From a virus (Duplodnaviria; Caudoviricetes): DNA of 58,591 nt. The notes beneath the pieces are model-generated. The model did no database searches and was not told the DNA's origin. It worked only from the letters and a program-made list of their open reading frames with translations. This document shows, one piece after another, positions 28,970 to 38,523 of the stretch. The stretch lies in IMG/VR virus record IMGVR_UViG_3300029624_000135, positions 1 to 58,591 of that record, one strand, 5' to 3'. The stretch's first letter is position 1; every line of letters begins with the position of its first letter. Position numbers and translations under genes: made by a program.

Positions 28970-29352
28970 CCGAGATAGTTGTCGATTAGTTCCTTGGCCG
29001 AATCAAAATCGTAAACGATGGCAGTCTCCCAATTCTGTTCGTTGAGGGCTGATAGGCACTTGATTTGATTGTCCGTGGGTTTGTTCGGCTTTATCTTTAG
29101 TTCAAGGGCCAGCCCAACCCTGAGCGGTTGCTTTAGGGATATGGGCTTCGTATGGAAAATGAGCAAATCTGGAATGCCGGGTGTCATTCTCAGTTTTTTG
29201 GCCTTGAACTGTTCGAATTTGGTTCTTTTGCCCTCGTTGTGGGGATGGGTGTACAGGGTTTTTGGGTACTGAAGGTCAAGGTAATCGCATATAGCGATTT
29301 GCAGTTTGTCCTCTTTTGTGAGGTATTTATCAAATGGATTGACCCTTCCCAT
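28966..29352 (-). CDS. VRR-NUC domain nuclease
   Basis: EDKLQ, GIPDL and LELK..NKPT..Q motifs. Confidence 0.85.
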   Translation of the reverse strand: MGRVNPFDKYLTKEDKLQIAICDYLDLQYPKTLYTHPHNEGKRTKFEQFKAKKLRMTPGIPDLLIFHTKPISLKQPLRVGLALELKIKPNKPTDNQIKCLSALNEQNWETAIVYDFDSAKELIDNYLG

Positions 29353-29356
29353 GAAT

Positions 29357-29400
29357 CAAATATATTCACAAAGGAAGTATTATGCAAGTATTATGTTAGT
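29357..29400 (-). promoter_or_regulatory. Promoter (TATATTTG, 4 nt before ATG) with AATACTT direct-repeat operator
   Basis: Ungapped alignment with 50055-50098. Confidence 0.7.
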
Positions 29401-29410
29401 AATCTGGGGT

Positions 29411-29839
29411 TTATTCCTTGACTAATTTAATCTCTGGATCAGATATTACTTTCTGGATTCTTTCCTCAAAGAAACTACCATCCCCTGCCTTGAACCTACA
29501 TGAAATGGTGAAGTCAGTAGGGGAGTCCACATTTGTTGCCCGAATATCGAACAGAATATAGATTTTTTCATCAACCATGTACTTCTGGCCAATGCATACT
29601 TCAGGTAGGTATTCTTTTTTACTATCATCGGAGGCTTTCTTGTGTTCTTTCACTATATCCTGTAATGTTTTCCTGATTGGCAAATCGGTTAAACCGGAAG
29701 CAATTTCTAGAGAAACCAACATTACTGATTCCATTTCAGCGCGTGTCAATAATCCATTTGTATCTTGAATTTTTATGCTATCAAAAAGAATGGATTTACA
29801 CCATACCTTTGCTATTGTGGATAATACTTTGTGATTCAT
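29411..29839 (-). CDS. Hypothetical protein
   Basis: ORF in the early/middle operon. Confidence 0.6.
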   Translation of the reverse strand: MNHKVLSTIAKVWCKSILFDSIKIQDTNGLLTRAEMESVMLVSLEIASGLTDLPIRKTLQDIVKEHKKASDDSKKEYLPEVCIGQKYMVDEKIYILFDIRATNVDSPTDFTISCRFKAGDGSFFEERIQKVISDPEIKLVKE

Positions 29840-29842
29840 AGT

Positions 29843-30166
29843 TTAGATGATTTCCTTTAGTCTTGTTTTGGCAGCAACGATTCCAGCTTTATACTCCATG
29901 ATTCTGTTTGTTGCCGATGCTCTTATCACTGACTGAATGTATTTCTTGATATCCTGAATATCATTTTGGGTCAAAGAGTCGCTTTCAAAGGTTAAGGATG
30001 TACGATTATTGCATTGTTCATAAATATCAATTTTACCATTATCTGAAACTGATTCCATTTTTGATATCATCTTATTGTACCTTGATATTTCTATTGAGCA
30101 CAAGTGCACAGTTGCTTTATCAAACAGGAAGTTTACCTCCATATTTGCATCTATTTTTACTTTCAT
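29843..30166 (-). CDS. Hypothetical protein
   Basis: ORF in operon. Confidence 0.6.
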   Translation of the reverse strand: MKVKIDANMEVNFLFDKATVHLCSIEISRYNKMISKMESVSDNGKIDIYEQCNNRTSLTFESDSLTQNDIQDIKKYIQSVIRASATNRIMEYKAGIVAAKTRLKEII

Positions 30167-30187
30167 ATGGTCATTTTGTTTTTAGGG

Positions 30188-30319
30188 TTAGTCATCATAC
30201 CATGAATTACCGCAAGTTGTACATACCTTGACTTCTTTTTCGGCTCTTGTGAGTGCATCAAAACATATAGGACAAAAGCCTTCATCCAATGCTTTTTGTT
30301 GTTCACGATTTAATTCCAT
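30188..30319 (-). CDS. 43-aa zinc-ribbon protein (not in ORF track)
   Basis: Manual translation MELNREQQKALDEGFCPICF...VCTTCGNSWYDD; two CxxC. Confidence 0.6.
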   Translation of the reverse strand: MELNREQQKALDEGFCPICFDALTRAEKEVKVCTTCGNSWYDD

Positions 30320-30333
30320 ATCTGTTATATTGG

Positions 30334-30507
30334 TTAATCTTCAAAATATTGTTCAGCTTCTTGTTCGGTATCGTACAATGGGGTTTGCCCTTGATGGGAC
30401 ATGACACACCAACCACCGTTTCCAAATTTCATTGCGGGTGCCCACTTGATGTTCCCATCATTATCCTTTACTTGGGTGGCACCATATTTGATTTTTACAG
30501 CGTTCAT
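30334..30507 (-). CDS. 57-aa hypothetical protein (not in ORF track)
   Basis: Manual translation MNAVKIKYG...EQYFED; fills the operon gap. Confidence 0.55.
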   Translation of the reverse strand: MNAVKIKYGATQVKDNDGNIKWAPAMKFGNGGWCVMSHQGQTPLYDTEQEAEQYFED

Positions 30508-30508
30508 A

Positions 30509-31057
30509 TCAATACCTTAAATCAGTCCAATGGATTATCTTGCCGGAAAAGTCTTTGTCGAACCATTGGAAGAACTGTTCGACTGAATCAAATCCATCAT
30601 TAATGGCCAATGTTTCTAAGTCATTTGTGATATTATAAATATCATCAAGTCCGTGATGGAAAGCATCCCCGAACCAAGCCCCATCAATAAATACTTGTAC
30701 AAAACCAGGAGCATGATCAATTTGAATCTTCTGAACCCCGGTACATTTGATTGTTGGGGCAAATTGGAATCGCTGTGGCGTTCGATTATTGATGGCGGGA
30801 TGTATAAGGTTCCCCTCTTTCCATCTGTCCTTTGAATCAGACCTGAAAGTGTGAACTTTTGGTTCTAAATCTGGGTTACTGAACACATCCCATTTTAAAC
30901 TGTCCCCAAGATGGTAGTTAATGGTTCCATCAGCACCTAACCACTCATCACGTATATCAGAATCTTGAAAAGGATAACCTTTCAATATTTTTTCCATGAA
31001 AAGTGTCTCCCCACCTCCCATGTGCTTGGGCCATTTTGTACTGAATGCTAGTGTCAT
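30509..31057 (-). CDS. Hypothetical phage protein (possibly ASCH-like)
   Basis: KVHTFR..RWK.G and LAINDGF motifs. Confidence 0.65.
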   Translation of the reverse strand: MTLAFSTKWPKHMGGGETLFMEKILKGYPFQDSDIRDEWLGADGTINYHLGDSLKWDVFSNPDLEPKVHTFRSDSKDRWKEGNLIHPAINNRTPQRFQFAPTIKCTGVQKIQIDHAPGFVQVFIDGAWFGDAFHHGLDDIYNITNDLETLAINDGFDSVEQFFQWFDKDFSGKIIHWTDLRY

Positions 31058-31075
31058 ATTATAATTTTTGTGTGC

Positions 31076-32056
31076 TTAAAATAGAAGGTCATCGTTATCC
31101 TTTGATTTAGGCTCTTCCTCCTCCTCATATTCATTGAAAACCCTGTCAATTATCTCTGAAACATAATTGTAGGTCATTTTTTCAGGTGCAATATTTGTCA
31201 GTGCTTCCAATAGCAATGAGAAATAAGCTATATCCACTCCTATCAGTTGCTCCTGAAGAACAATAGGGTCTTTCAAATCCAATTCAGCGACCTGCCAAAG
31301 AATCTTGAGATATGTACCTGCGGATATTGTGAAACCACGTCCCAAAAACTTCTTTGTCCTGATTATAGAGGTCAATGGATACTTCGAACCAATGTAAATG
31401 AGCTCTTTAGTAAGCAATGCCTCCATGGCTGATGACCTCAATACCAATTCCCGTTTTCCATCTTTATTGTGGAAATAGCTTGTTGCGTGTGCAAAGTCAT
31501 AGTTTTCGTGAATCTTTTCTGCATCCCCAAAAAACCTGATTACCAATTGAATGTCATCGGATAGCGTAATTGCATTTTCGGTTAAATAAATTGGCTGAAA
31601 AGTTTCCTCTTTAGGGGGTTCGCTTTCTTTGCAATTTCTTGGATCAGATTTTCTCCAAAATCCAATGTGTGGAATGAATATTTTGACTCTATGCTCATCC
31701 CATCTTTTCAATCCATCAGAAAACATAGACCATTTCGTGGCATCCTGCTTATTAGCATAATCCTTGGATGGAATCTCTTTACTGTCCACCACTTCTATAA
31801 TTGAATCAGAAATAGTATTCCTGTAAACTTTGTTGATTTGATTGACGTAGTAGTCTGAAACCAATTTTACGGTATCAATCGACTTGAAATAGATGTCAAA
31901 GTCGTTGACTTTCTCTTTTAGCAGCATTGATGCTATACTACCACCTGTTACTATAAAATCTTTTCTACATGCGTTTCTGACTTTCTCATCAGTGATACTG
32001 TCAATCCACGCATCAATCTTTTTGGAAAGTACTTTTTTAATTGTTTTAGTTTTCAT
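31076..32056 (-). CDS. Nucleotidyltransferase-fold protein
   Basis: VTGGSIAS...NDFDIYF (hGG..DxD) signature. Confidence 0.65.
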   Translation of the reverse strand: MKTKTIKKVLSKKIDAWIDSITDEKVRNACRKDFIVTGGSIASMLLKEKVNDFDIYFKSIDTVKLVSDYYVNQINKVYRNTISDSIIEVVDSKEIPSKDYANKQDATKWSMFSDGLKRWDEHRVKIFIPHIGFWRKSDPRNCKESEPPKEETFQPIYLTENAITLSDDIQLVIRFFGDAEKIHENYDFAHATSYFHNKDGKRELVLRSSAMEALLTKELIYIGSKYPLTSIIRTKKFLGRGFTISAGTYLKILWQVAELDLKDPIVLQEQLIGVDIAYFSLLLEALTNIAPEKMTYNYVSEIIDRVFNEYEEEEEPKSKDNDDLLF

Positions 32057-32271
32057 TTTATCGATTTAATTAAATACCTGTTCATATCTGTTCCCATCCA
32101 ATTGACCACCTTTAAAAAAGATTCTAAAGTCAATGGTTTCTTTGCCTTGATTCGGCTCCCTGTCATACGACTGATGCCAATTTCAGTACAGATCGTATGT
32201 AGATGTTTCATTTCGGAAAATTGCTTCTTCTCCACATCCATTAGGAATACATCGTAATTGAATAAACTCAC
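32053..32271 (-). CDS. Small HTH protein
   Basis: ICTEIGISRMTGSRI HTH pattern. Confidence 0.65.
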   Translation of the reverse strand: MSLFNYDVFLMDVEKKQFSEMKHLHTICTEIGISRMTGSRIKAKKPLTLESFLKVVNWMGTDMNRYLIKSIK

Positions 32272-32552
32272 TGACCATTCTTTATTTTTTCATATTCCTT
32301 TTCTCCTGGTCGGGCATACACCTCTTTTCGCTTTGTAGAGAAAAACCTTGGTGTGAGATTGTTGTGGAAATTCATTTCAGACATCCATATTCTTCCAGTG
32401 AAAAGAAGCATCAACCTTTCCCAAAATCATAGCCTCCAACAGGTGATGATCGTATCACATTCATCACCAACCCTCAAAGCTGGCAATGTTTGATACTGTT
32501 CTTGATTTTCAGCGAAACGGACGTTCACGTCCTTAAATTCAATTGATTTCAT
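32268..32552 (-). pseudogene. 94-codon gene interrupted by in-frame TGA (32427-32429)
   Basis: MKSIEFKDVN...CWRL*FWERLMLLFTG...KNGQ; overlaps both neighbours by ATGA/GTGA. Confidence 0.65.
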
Positions 32553-32941
32553 ATTTCTGTTTTAATTTGATTCTCATAAATGTTGCCTACTATCTCGTAG
32601 TCAAAATCTCTTAGTTCAGTCCAAAGGGCATCACAATAGGATTTATCCTGTTCAGATGATAAATCCACGCACCACTGGCCGGTTGTTTCATTCCAAAAAA
32701 CTTGTAACCTTGATTGAGTTTTCTTGCCATCAACCATACTCCAGTATCCAATTTGATGACCGTCATATATATCCTTTCCATTCTTGTCCTTAAATCCCGT
32801 GAATTCAAGCCAAACCAAATCATCTGAACTAAATGCTTGCAATTGATGACATATTTGTGTGCCTCTTTGGGTCAACCTGAATGCATCAAGGAACATTCTG
32901 TTTTTCTTTTTATCCCATACGTTAAATTTCAGCTGTCTCAT
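32549..32941 (-). CDS. YopX family protein
   Basis: MRQLKFNVWD, FTGFKDKNGKDIY and EIVGNIYEN motifs. Confidence 0.85.
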   Translation of the reverse strand: MRQLKFNVWDKKKNRMFLDAFRLTQRGTQICHQLQAFSSDDLVWLEFTGFKDKNGKDIYDGHQIGYWSMVDGKKTQSRLQVFWNETTGQWCVDLSSEQDKSYCDALWTELRDFDYEIVGNIYENQIKTEI

Positions 32942-32951
32942 TGCTTTTATT

Positions 32952-33110
32952 TTAGAATAATGTTAGTTGTACTTCCTTTGTTACTTCCTCACGCACTATC
33001 TTAAATGAATTGGTCCACAGGTCATGTCTTTCGTAGGGGAACTTTATCAAAATCTTGTTCCCGAACATCCATTGAATGATATGATGGTTATATGTGTGAG
33101 GACTTCCCAT
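32952..33110 (-). CDS. 52-aa hypothetical protein (not in ORF track)
   Basis: TGATG coupling to the methyltransferase gene; ends in QLTLF. Confidence 0.5.
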   Translation of the reverse strand: MGSPHTYNHHIIQWMFGNKILIKFPYERHDLWTNSFKIVREEVTKEVQLTLF

Positions 33111-34831
33111 CAAGCTGCCAATTCAAAATGTTTCTTCAATGCCCTGTAATTGCTTTCAACAAGTGCTTGGGCCATTACCGGTACCACAGCATTTCCAATG
33201 AATTTCTTTTGATCTGTCTTGGTACCCTTTAACTTGTAATTCTCTGGGAATCCCTGAATCCTTAACAGTTCGGGAATGTTCAACATCCGCATCTTGATAT
33301 CGGATATCTGGTATGCTGCCATAAACTCCTTTATCTTAATGGTCATAGGACTATCATCCTCAAAAACGACTATCCCAAAAAAATTTGTTTGCTCCGAATG
33401 GACCAAGTACAATGGCTTTTTGTCTTGCCTAGCTATGATTGTGGGAGCAGCCCTTTCAATTGACCTTCCTTTATTTGAATATTGGTTATCCACCAACCAT
33501 TTTGTTGGAGTTACCAAATAATGCTGATGCCTTGATGCCGTTACCGTTCTGTTGGGTTCTTCGATATCGCTCCCAACATTATTAAAATTGGTATCCATTA
33601 TCCAAGGTTTTGCAGAAACCAAGTTCAGTTTTGGATTGGCCGTTACGGTTCCTGATGGATTATCGATATCCGATGGTTTGGATTGGCCATATTGTTGATC
33701 AATGAACTGGGTAGTTACCAAATTCGATTTTGGATTTCCTGTTACCGTTGGTGCAGGATTATCGATGCTCGAGTGTATCCCTCCCCCTGAATAGTTGTTC
33801 ATGAAGAAATTGACATCCACTTTTGACACTCTGTCCTTAGTGGTTATTGTTGGACTCGGTTCTTTTGGGCTATGAACCCCACCATTACCATAGTACGTAT
33901 TCAAGAAAACAGCTTTGACTTTATTATGGTTTGGGGTTGTAGTAATCGTTCTAGTGGCCGAATCCATACTCCACACCTTAGCTTTAGGACTACCTCCATG
34001 GTTATGGTATAAGAATTCATCATCTCCATTAGCCACGAACTTCTCCAATCCAGCATAAATCCTTTTCAAAGTGTTCTCGGACAAAGGTTTTTTTCTTTCA
34101 AAAATGGAAACACCTTCATCATCTAAATCCAATACCTCACGAACAGGCTTCCATTTCTTCAAATTGTTCTCGAACATTCCGGAATCTTTGGAAACTTTTT
34201 TCGAGTGTGTCTGTTCTGGCCAGCTTATAGGCATTCCTTTTTTTGCGAACTGTCCAAAATACCTAAGCCTTGAAGTATATGCTCCATAATCAGCAGCGTT
34301 CAATAACCTGAAATCATAGGAATATCCTTTCTCTTGGATAGCATTGCACCATCTCACATAATCCCGTCCGTTCTTTCTGGAAATTGGCCTACCCCTCTCA
34401 TCCAACGGCCCCCATGCCATGAATTCGCGAACATTCTCAATATGGATATAGTCAGGGTCCAGAATATCGATGTACATGTGCAGACTTTCTGCAAGCGTCC
34501 TGCTATCGGCATCCCTTGGAAGTCCTCCCTTAGCCTTGGAGTAGTTGGTGCATTCCAACGATGCCCAAATATTGATAATGCAACCGGGATCCTCTTTTCG
34601 TAGTTTAGTGACCAAATTCAATAATCTCAAAACCACCTTTTTATCCCTCACATCCTCGGTCAAATGAAGACAATCCGGATGGTTCTCTTTATGGCTTTCG
34701 ATTGCTCCCTTGTCATGGTTTACGCAAGCGATAACTTTAGCGTTGGCATTCGCTAAATGAATACCTGTAGTTGTTCCACCTGCCCCACAGAACAAATCAA
34801 TCCAATAAACGTTAGGTTGTTTTTCCATCAT
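33110..34831 (-). CDS. C5-cytosine DNA methyltransferase with six internal repeats
   Basis: DLFCGAGG, SLECTNYS, ENV, R.R, QGFP and IGNAV motifs. Confidence 0.92.
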   Translation of the reverse strand: MMEKQPNVYWIDLFCGAGGTTTGIHLANANAKVIACVNHDKGAIESHKENHPDCLHLTEDVRDKKVVLRLLNLVTKLRKEDPGCIINIWASLECTNYSKAKGGLPRDADSRTLAESLHMYIDILDPDYIHIENVREFMAWGPLDERGRPISRKNGRDYVRWCNAIQEKGYSYDFRLLNAADYGAYTSRLRYFGQFAKKGMPISWPEQTHSKKVSKDSGMFENNLKKWKPVREVLDLDDEGVSIFERKKPLSENTLKRIYAGLEKFVANGDDEFLYHNHGGSPKAKVWSMDSATRTITTTPNHNKVKAVFLNTYYGNGGVHSPKEPSPTITTKDRVSKVDVNFFMNNYSGGGIHSSIDNPAPTVTGNPKSNLVTTQFIDQQYGQSKPSDIDNPSGTVTANPKLNLVSAKPWIMDTNFNNVGSDIEEPNRTVTASRHQHYLVTPTKWLVDNQYSNKGRSIERAAPTIIARQDKKPLYLVHSEQTNFFGIVVFEDDSPMTIKIKEFMAAYQISDIKMRMLNIPELLRIQGFPENYKLKGTKTDQKKFIGNAVVPVMAQALVESNYRALKKHFELAA

Positions 34832-34836
34832 GCTGA

Positions 34837-35454
34837 TTATTTACGTCTTTTAAACTTCTGGTTAAACACATCTTTACCCAAATCAGCTATCGCCTCGGTA
34901 ACGTTCTTGTATCCAAGATCCTTGGAAAATTTCAGTTTTCTGGAATAGGTGTCGGTTTTTTCATCCAGTTTAGGCTTTTCCTGTTCTTCTGTTTTAGTCA
35001 AATCGGGGTTTTCCTTACAGGACCACATGAAGGGTCTTGCCGACCTATCCACATCAACCCATCCATGTTCATGAATTCTCTCAAGTATTGAAAGCACATG
35101 ATGAAGTGCACAGTTGTGCTCTGATTCTTCATTGTATTTTCTAACAATATCCCCTGCACATGATGGTTTGCCCATCTTTTCAAGGACATTGAATATGGTC
35201 AGGTCTGCAGGTATTATGTACGTACCATCTTTTGAAAAACGTGCCTTTGTAAAATCAGTTTTACGTTTTCTGGGTTTTCGTTTACCATTATTGGGTGTCT
35301 TTTTATCCGCATCGGGCTTCTCACTAGAATCTCCTTTGATTTTCATACATGCCTTGGCTATGCTATATGCTCGTTGTGCCAAGAAGTCACTCTCTAGCGC
35401 ACTTCCTGCGGTTCCTTTTATAGCTGATAATGCAAATTGGTCCAATTCGTTCAT
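34837..35454 (-). CDS. Hypothetical protein with wHTH-like segment
   Basis: ORF in operon. Confidence 0.6.
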   Translation of the reverse strand: MNELDQFALSAIKGTAGSALESDFLAQRAYSIAKACMKIKGDSSEKPDADKKTPNNGKRKPRKRKTDFTKARFSKDGTYIIPADLTIFNVLEKMGKPSCAGDIVRKYNEESEHNCALHHVLSILERIHEHGWVDVDRSARPFMWSCKENPDLTKTEEQEKPKLDEKTDTYSRKLKFSKDLGYKNVTEAIADLGKDVFNQKFKRRK

Positions 35455-38108
35455 ACTGCTGTTTTTTCGGTTTCGATTAAATCAAATAATGTGGGCATGG
35501 TTACTTTGGCCTCTGCAGCTTTGCAGTAACCGACACCATCCAAGAAATAACTAGGGCTCAATTCCACTCCATATCCATATCTCCCTTTTAGTATTGCCCT
35601 GTACGGTACCGTTCCAATTCCTGAGAAGTAATCCAGAACAATGTCCCCGGGGTTGCTCATCTGTTCGATGACCCTGTCCACAATATCAAACTGCAGTGGG
35701 CACAGGTGCATTTCCTTTCCTTTGCTCCATTGGGAACTGTTCAATGTCAACATTCGGGTTACATCACTCCAAACTTCATCGCTCCAGCTCTGTGGCTGCA
35801 ATAACATGAATGAAGTGGGAAGTTTTCCCTTGGCATCCAATGTCTCCCCTATTTTCACATGGTGCTCAAAGTCATATACTTCATTCAATGAGTAATTCTT
35901 GAATGACTTGAAAATTTTTTCATGCTCAAGGTTTGCCAGTTCGTCTGGCTTTAGGCACCTATCCCCTGATGACCTTGTGAAACCATGCGCATCTATTTGC
36001 CAGCGGGAACGGGAATATCCTGTCCCAATGACCGCGGTTCTATATTCTCGCTGTCCTTTTTCAAGGCCATCGCCCCACGGAACATGCTTGCCATTTTCAT
36101 CGATTACAAGTGGTTTATCCTTTTCAATCGGTATATCGGCATAACTGTTTGATGTGTCCGTTGGCGGTTTCCTGAACAGCAAAAGGTATTCGGGCATCCC
36201 TACTCCCATCTTTGAACCATCCTTACATTGCTCGGTCCATCCCAATCTATAAGTCTGGTTATTCTCGCGTACAACATCCGTGACAATAGTCTTCATTCCG
36301 ATATATGAAAAACCGTGCTTGGTGAAATGTTTGATGGTGTCCAAATGGAATGGATAAACGGTCTGGAAACCAAGCCCGGTCAATCCGCTGGGGATAATCC
36401 TGTCCTTGACATGAATGGCAGCTATCCGTCCAGGCATCAAAGTCCTGAACACTTCTGGGGTGGAATAATCCATCTGTTTGAAGAATTCTTCGTTGCTGTC
36501 CGAATGACCGTAATCCGAATAATTTGGCGAATACTCGTACTGTGTGGCAAAAGGTATCGAGGTCAACACCAGACCAACGCTATTGCTTTTGATACGTGGC
36601 AATTCATCCACATTGTCATTGTTGACCATAGTGTAGAGTTCCCCTTTTGATTCCACACGGTCCACTCCCATCTTGCGTTCTAGCAGCTTGGCCATTTCTT
36701 GATGGGAAAGACCATACTTTTTGATAATATCAGTCATCTTTTTTACCATTTTATCGTGGTTTGCCCACTTACGTTCCAATTGTTTTCTGATTCGTCTTTC
36801 GGCCTCTGTATAGATTAGGTCAATCCTGACCTCTTTGGTCTGCAGGAATCTTTGAAGCCTGTGAACTGATTGTATGAAGTCGTTGAACTTGAATCCTATG
36901 CCCAGATATATTCCCCAATTGCAATGTCTCTGGAAATTGCAACCAGACCCTGCTATTATGGGTTTTGCGGCAAGTTCTTGGAATTTACCGTCCGAAAAAT
37001 CAACAATGCATTGCTCCCGTTTTTCGTGGTCCTGTGATCCATATATGCTCACAACATCATCAATGGATTTTTCGATTTCCTTCCTTTCCGACTCCAAATC
37101 GTGCCAAAGTATCCGATGTGCTTTAGGATCTTCCTTACGCAATTCCATCATTTTGGCCACTCGCAAGTGAAGAGTATCCCTTTTTTCGCGTGCGGAATCT
37201 TGGATTCCCATAGCTGCATCCTTAAACATTTTGACCTGACCGTCCTTTTCGGTACCTGCCATGGAATGGTCCGTCTCTATTTCGTGCCAGTTCACATTCA
37301 ATGGTGGTAATACATAGCCATCATCATCTTTAGGGTCACCTGTTATATCCGATGGTTTGCTCACGAACAATGCCCATGATGCTACCCACAACCAGAATTC
37401 TTCTTCTTTATGGGGGTGAAGTGTCAATTTATCGGCCTTCGTGGAATCCCTTTTAAAGAATCGGGTCTTGGCCTGTGATACATCCATCTGCCCCAAGAAA
37501 TCTGCATAGGCCAGTAGTTCAATATAATCGTTTGGTGATGGCGTGGCCGTGGCAACGAAGCGATAAGGCACCCCTTCCTCACCCCTCCTGTTACCGTTCG
37601 GCCCACCGTCACCTGTGAACAACCGCATGAATTCCCTAAATGTTTTTGAACCACCAAGTCCGCGCAATACGGAAGCTTCGTCCAAGGAAGCCACCTCAAA
37701 CAATCTCGGGTCCAGTTTACCGTCCCTTATGCTCTCATAGTTGGTCAGGTAAATACCATCACCGTCAATTTCTTCGTTTCTACGTATGAACTTTGGCTCC
37801 CTTCCCCATTTCAGTATTTTAATTGCATCCCTTTTGAATTCCTGACGAACTCCCAATGGACAAACGATCAAACCTTTTCCGCGGGTCTTCGTAAGTACTA
37901 TCCTGACGGCTTCCAATTGCGTTACGGTCTTGTGAAGGCCAAATGATGCAAAGCATGCCCGTTTGCCACCCTCCACCATCCACTTCACCATCATTCGGTT
38001 GTGAGGCTTCAAAAGCTTTGAAACCTCGGCCATGTTTACGGAAAACCCGGTCTTCTCGGATAGTTTAATTTTGCTTTTTAGAAATTCGTTGTATTCCATT
38101 TTCGTCAA
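35451..38108 (-). CDS. SNF2-like helicase fused to N4/N6 DNA methyltransferase
   Basis: GLHKT, LDEAS, TATPSPND; SIPF, HLCPLQ and DYFSGIGT motifs. Confidence 0.88.
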   Translation of the reverse strand: MTKMEYNEFLKSKIKLSEKTGFSVNMAEVSKLLKPHNRMMVKWMVEGGKRACFASFGLHKTVTQLEAVRIVLTKTRGKGLIVCPLGVRQEFKRDAIKILKWGREPKFIRRNEEIDGDGIYLTNYESIRDGKLDPRLFEVASLDEASVLRGLGGSKTFREFMRLFTGDGGPNGNRRGEEGVPYRFVATATPSPNDYIELLAYADFLGQMDVSQAKTRFFKRDSTKADKLTLHPHKEEEFWLWVASWALFVSKPSDITGDPKDDDGYVLPPLNVNWHEIETDHSMAGTEKDGQVKMFKDAAMGIQDSAREKRDTLHLRVAKMMELRKEDPKAHRILWHDLESERKEIEKSIDDVVSIYGSQDHEKREQCIVDFSDGKFQELAAKPIIAGSGCNFQRHCNWGIYLGIGFKFNDFIQSVHRLQRFLQTKEVRIDLIYTEAERRIRKQLERKWANHDKMVKKMTDIIKKYGLSHQEMAKLLERKMGVDRVESKGELYTMVNNDNVDELPRIKSNSVGLVLTSIPFATQYEYSPNYSDYGHSDSNEEFFKQMDYSTPEVFRTLMPGRIAAIHVKDRIIPSGLTGLGFQTVYPFHLDTIKHFTKHGFSYIGMKTIVTDVVRENNQTYRLGWTEQCKDGSKMGVGMPEYLLLFRKPPTDTSNSYADIPIEKDKPLVIDENGKHVPWGDGLEKGQREYRTAVIGTGYSRSRWQIDAHGFTRSSGDRCLKPDELANLEHEKIFKSFKNYSLNEVYDFEHHVKIGETLDAKGKLPTSFMLLQPQSWSDEVWSDVTRMLTLNSSQWSKGKEMHLCPLQFDIVDRVIEQMSNPGDIVLDYFSGIGTVPYRAILKGRYGYGVELSPSYFLDGVGYCKAAEAKVTMPTLFDLIETEKTAV

Positions 38109-38270
38109 TTATTCATATTTTGAATGATGCCTTTCGGTTATATATCTCCTTACTCTTTCACGCCCAATCCCCGTAACCTTTGCTATATTGTTTACCGAGT
38201 TGTTCTGTAGCACATCGAACCAATACAACGCTTCATCTTTTGCCACAGGGTACATATCCTTATCCTTCAT
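38109..38270 (-). CDS. 53-aa HTH protein (not in ORF track)
   Basis: SVNNIAKVTGIGRERVRRYI. Confidence 0.55.
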   Translation of the reverse strand: MKDKDMYPVAKDEALYWFDVLQNNSVNNIAKVTGIGRERVRRYITERHHSKYE

Positions 38271-38523
38271 GAAGTTCACTTTTTGGCATTATATTTTTTT
38301 CGTAAATATTTTGGTAGAGTTCCTCGATCTTCTCTTGCCAATCCTTTTTTCTAGGGTGATACTTTTGGGTTCCCTTTTTGATTTTTATGACATCACATTT
38401 TTTAAACCTCGAGGTTTTGTTGTATTCAATTTCAAGTAAATACATGCCATGCTTTACCACTGGATAAATCCTTACCCCTGCCTTATTGCACTCTGAGATG
38501 ATATGTGAGATAAACTTGTTCAA
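38260..38523 (-). CDS. Hypothetical protein
   Basis: Coupled to dnaB. Confidence 0.6.
   Translation of the reverse strand: MNKFISHIISECNKAGVRIYPVVKHGMYLLEIEYNKTSRFKKCDVIKIKKGTQKYHPRKKDWQEKIEELYQNIYEKNIMPKSELHEG

Noticed and set aside
32427-32429. Genome-wide TGA recoding
   Set aside because: Many genes end at TGA with normal coupling; only one internal TGA was noticed and there is no suppressor tRNA.
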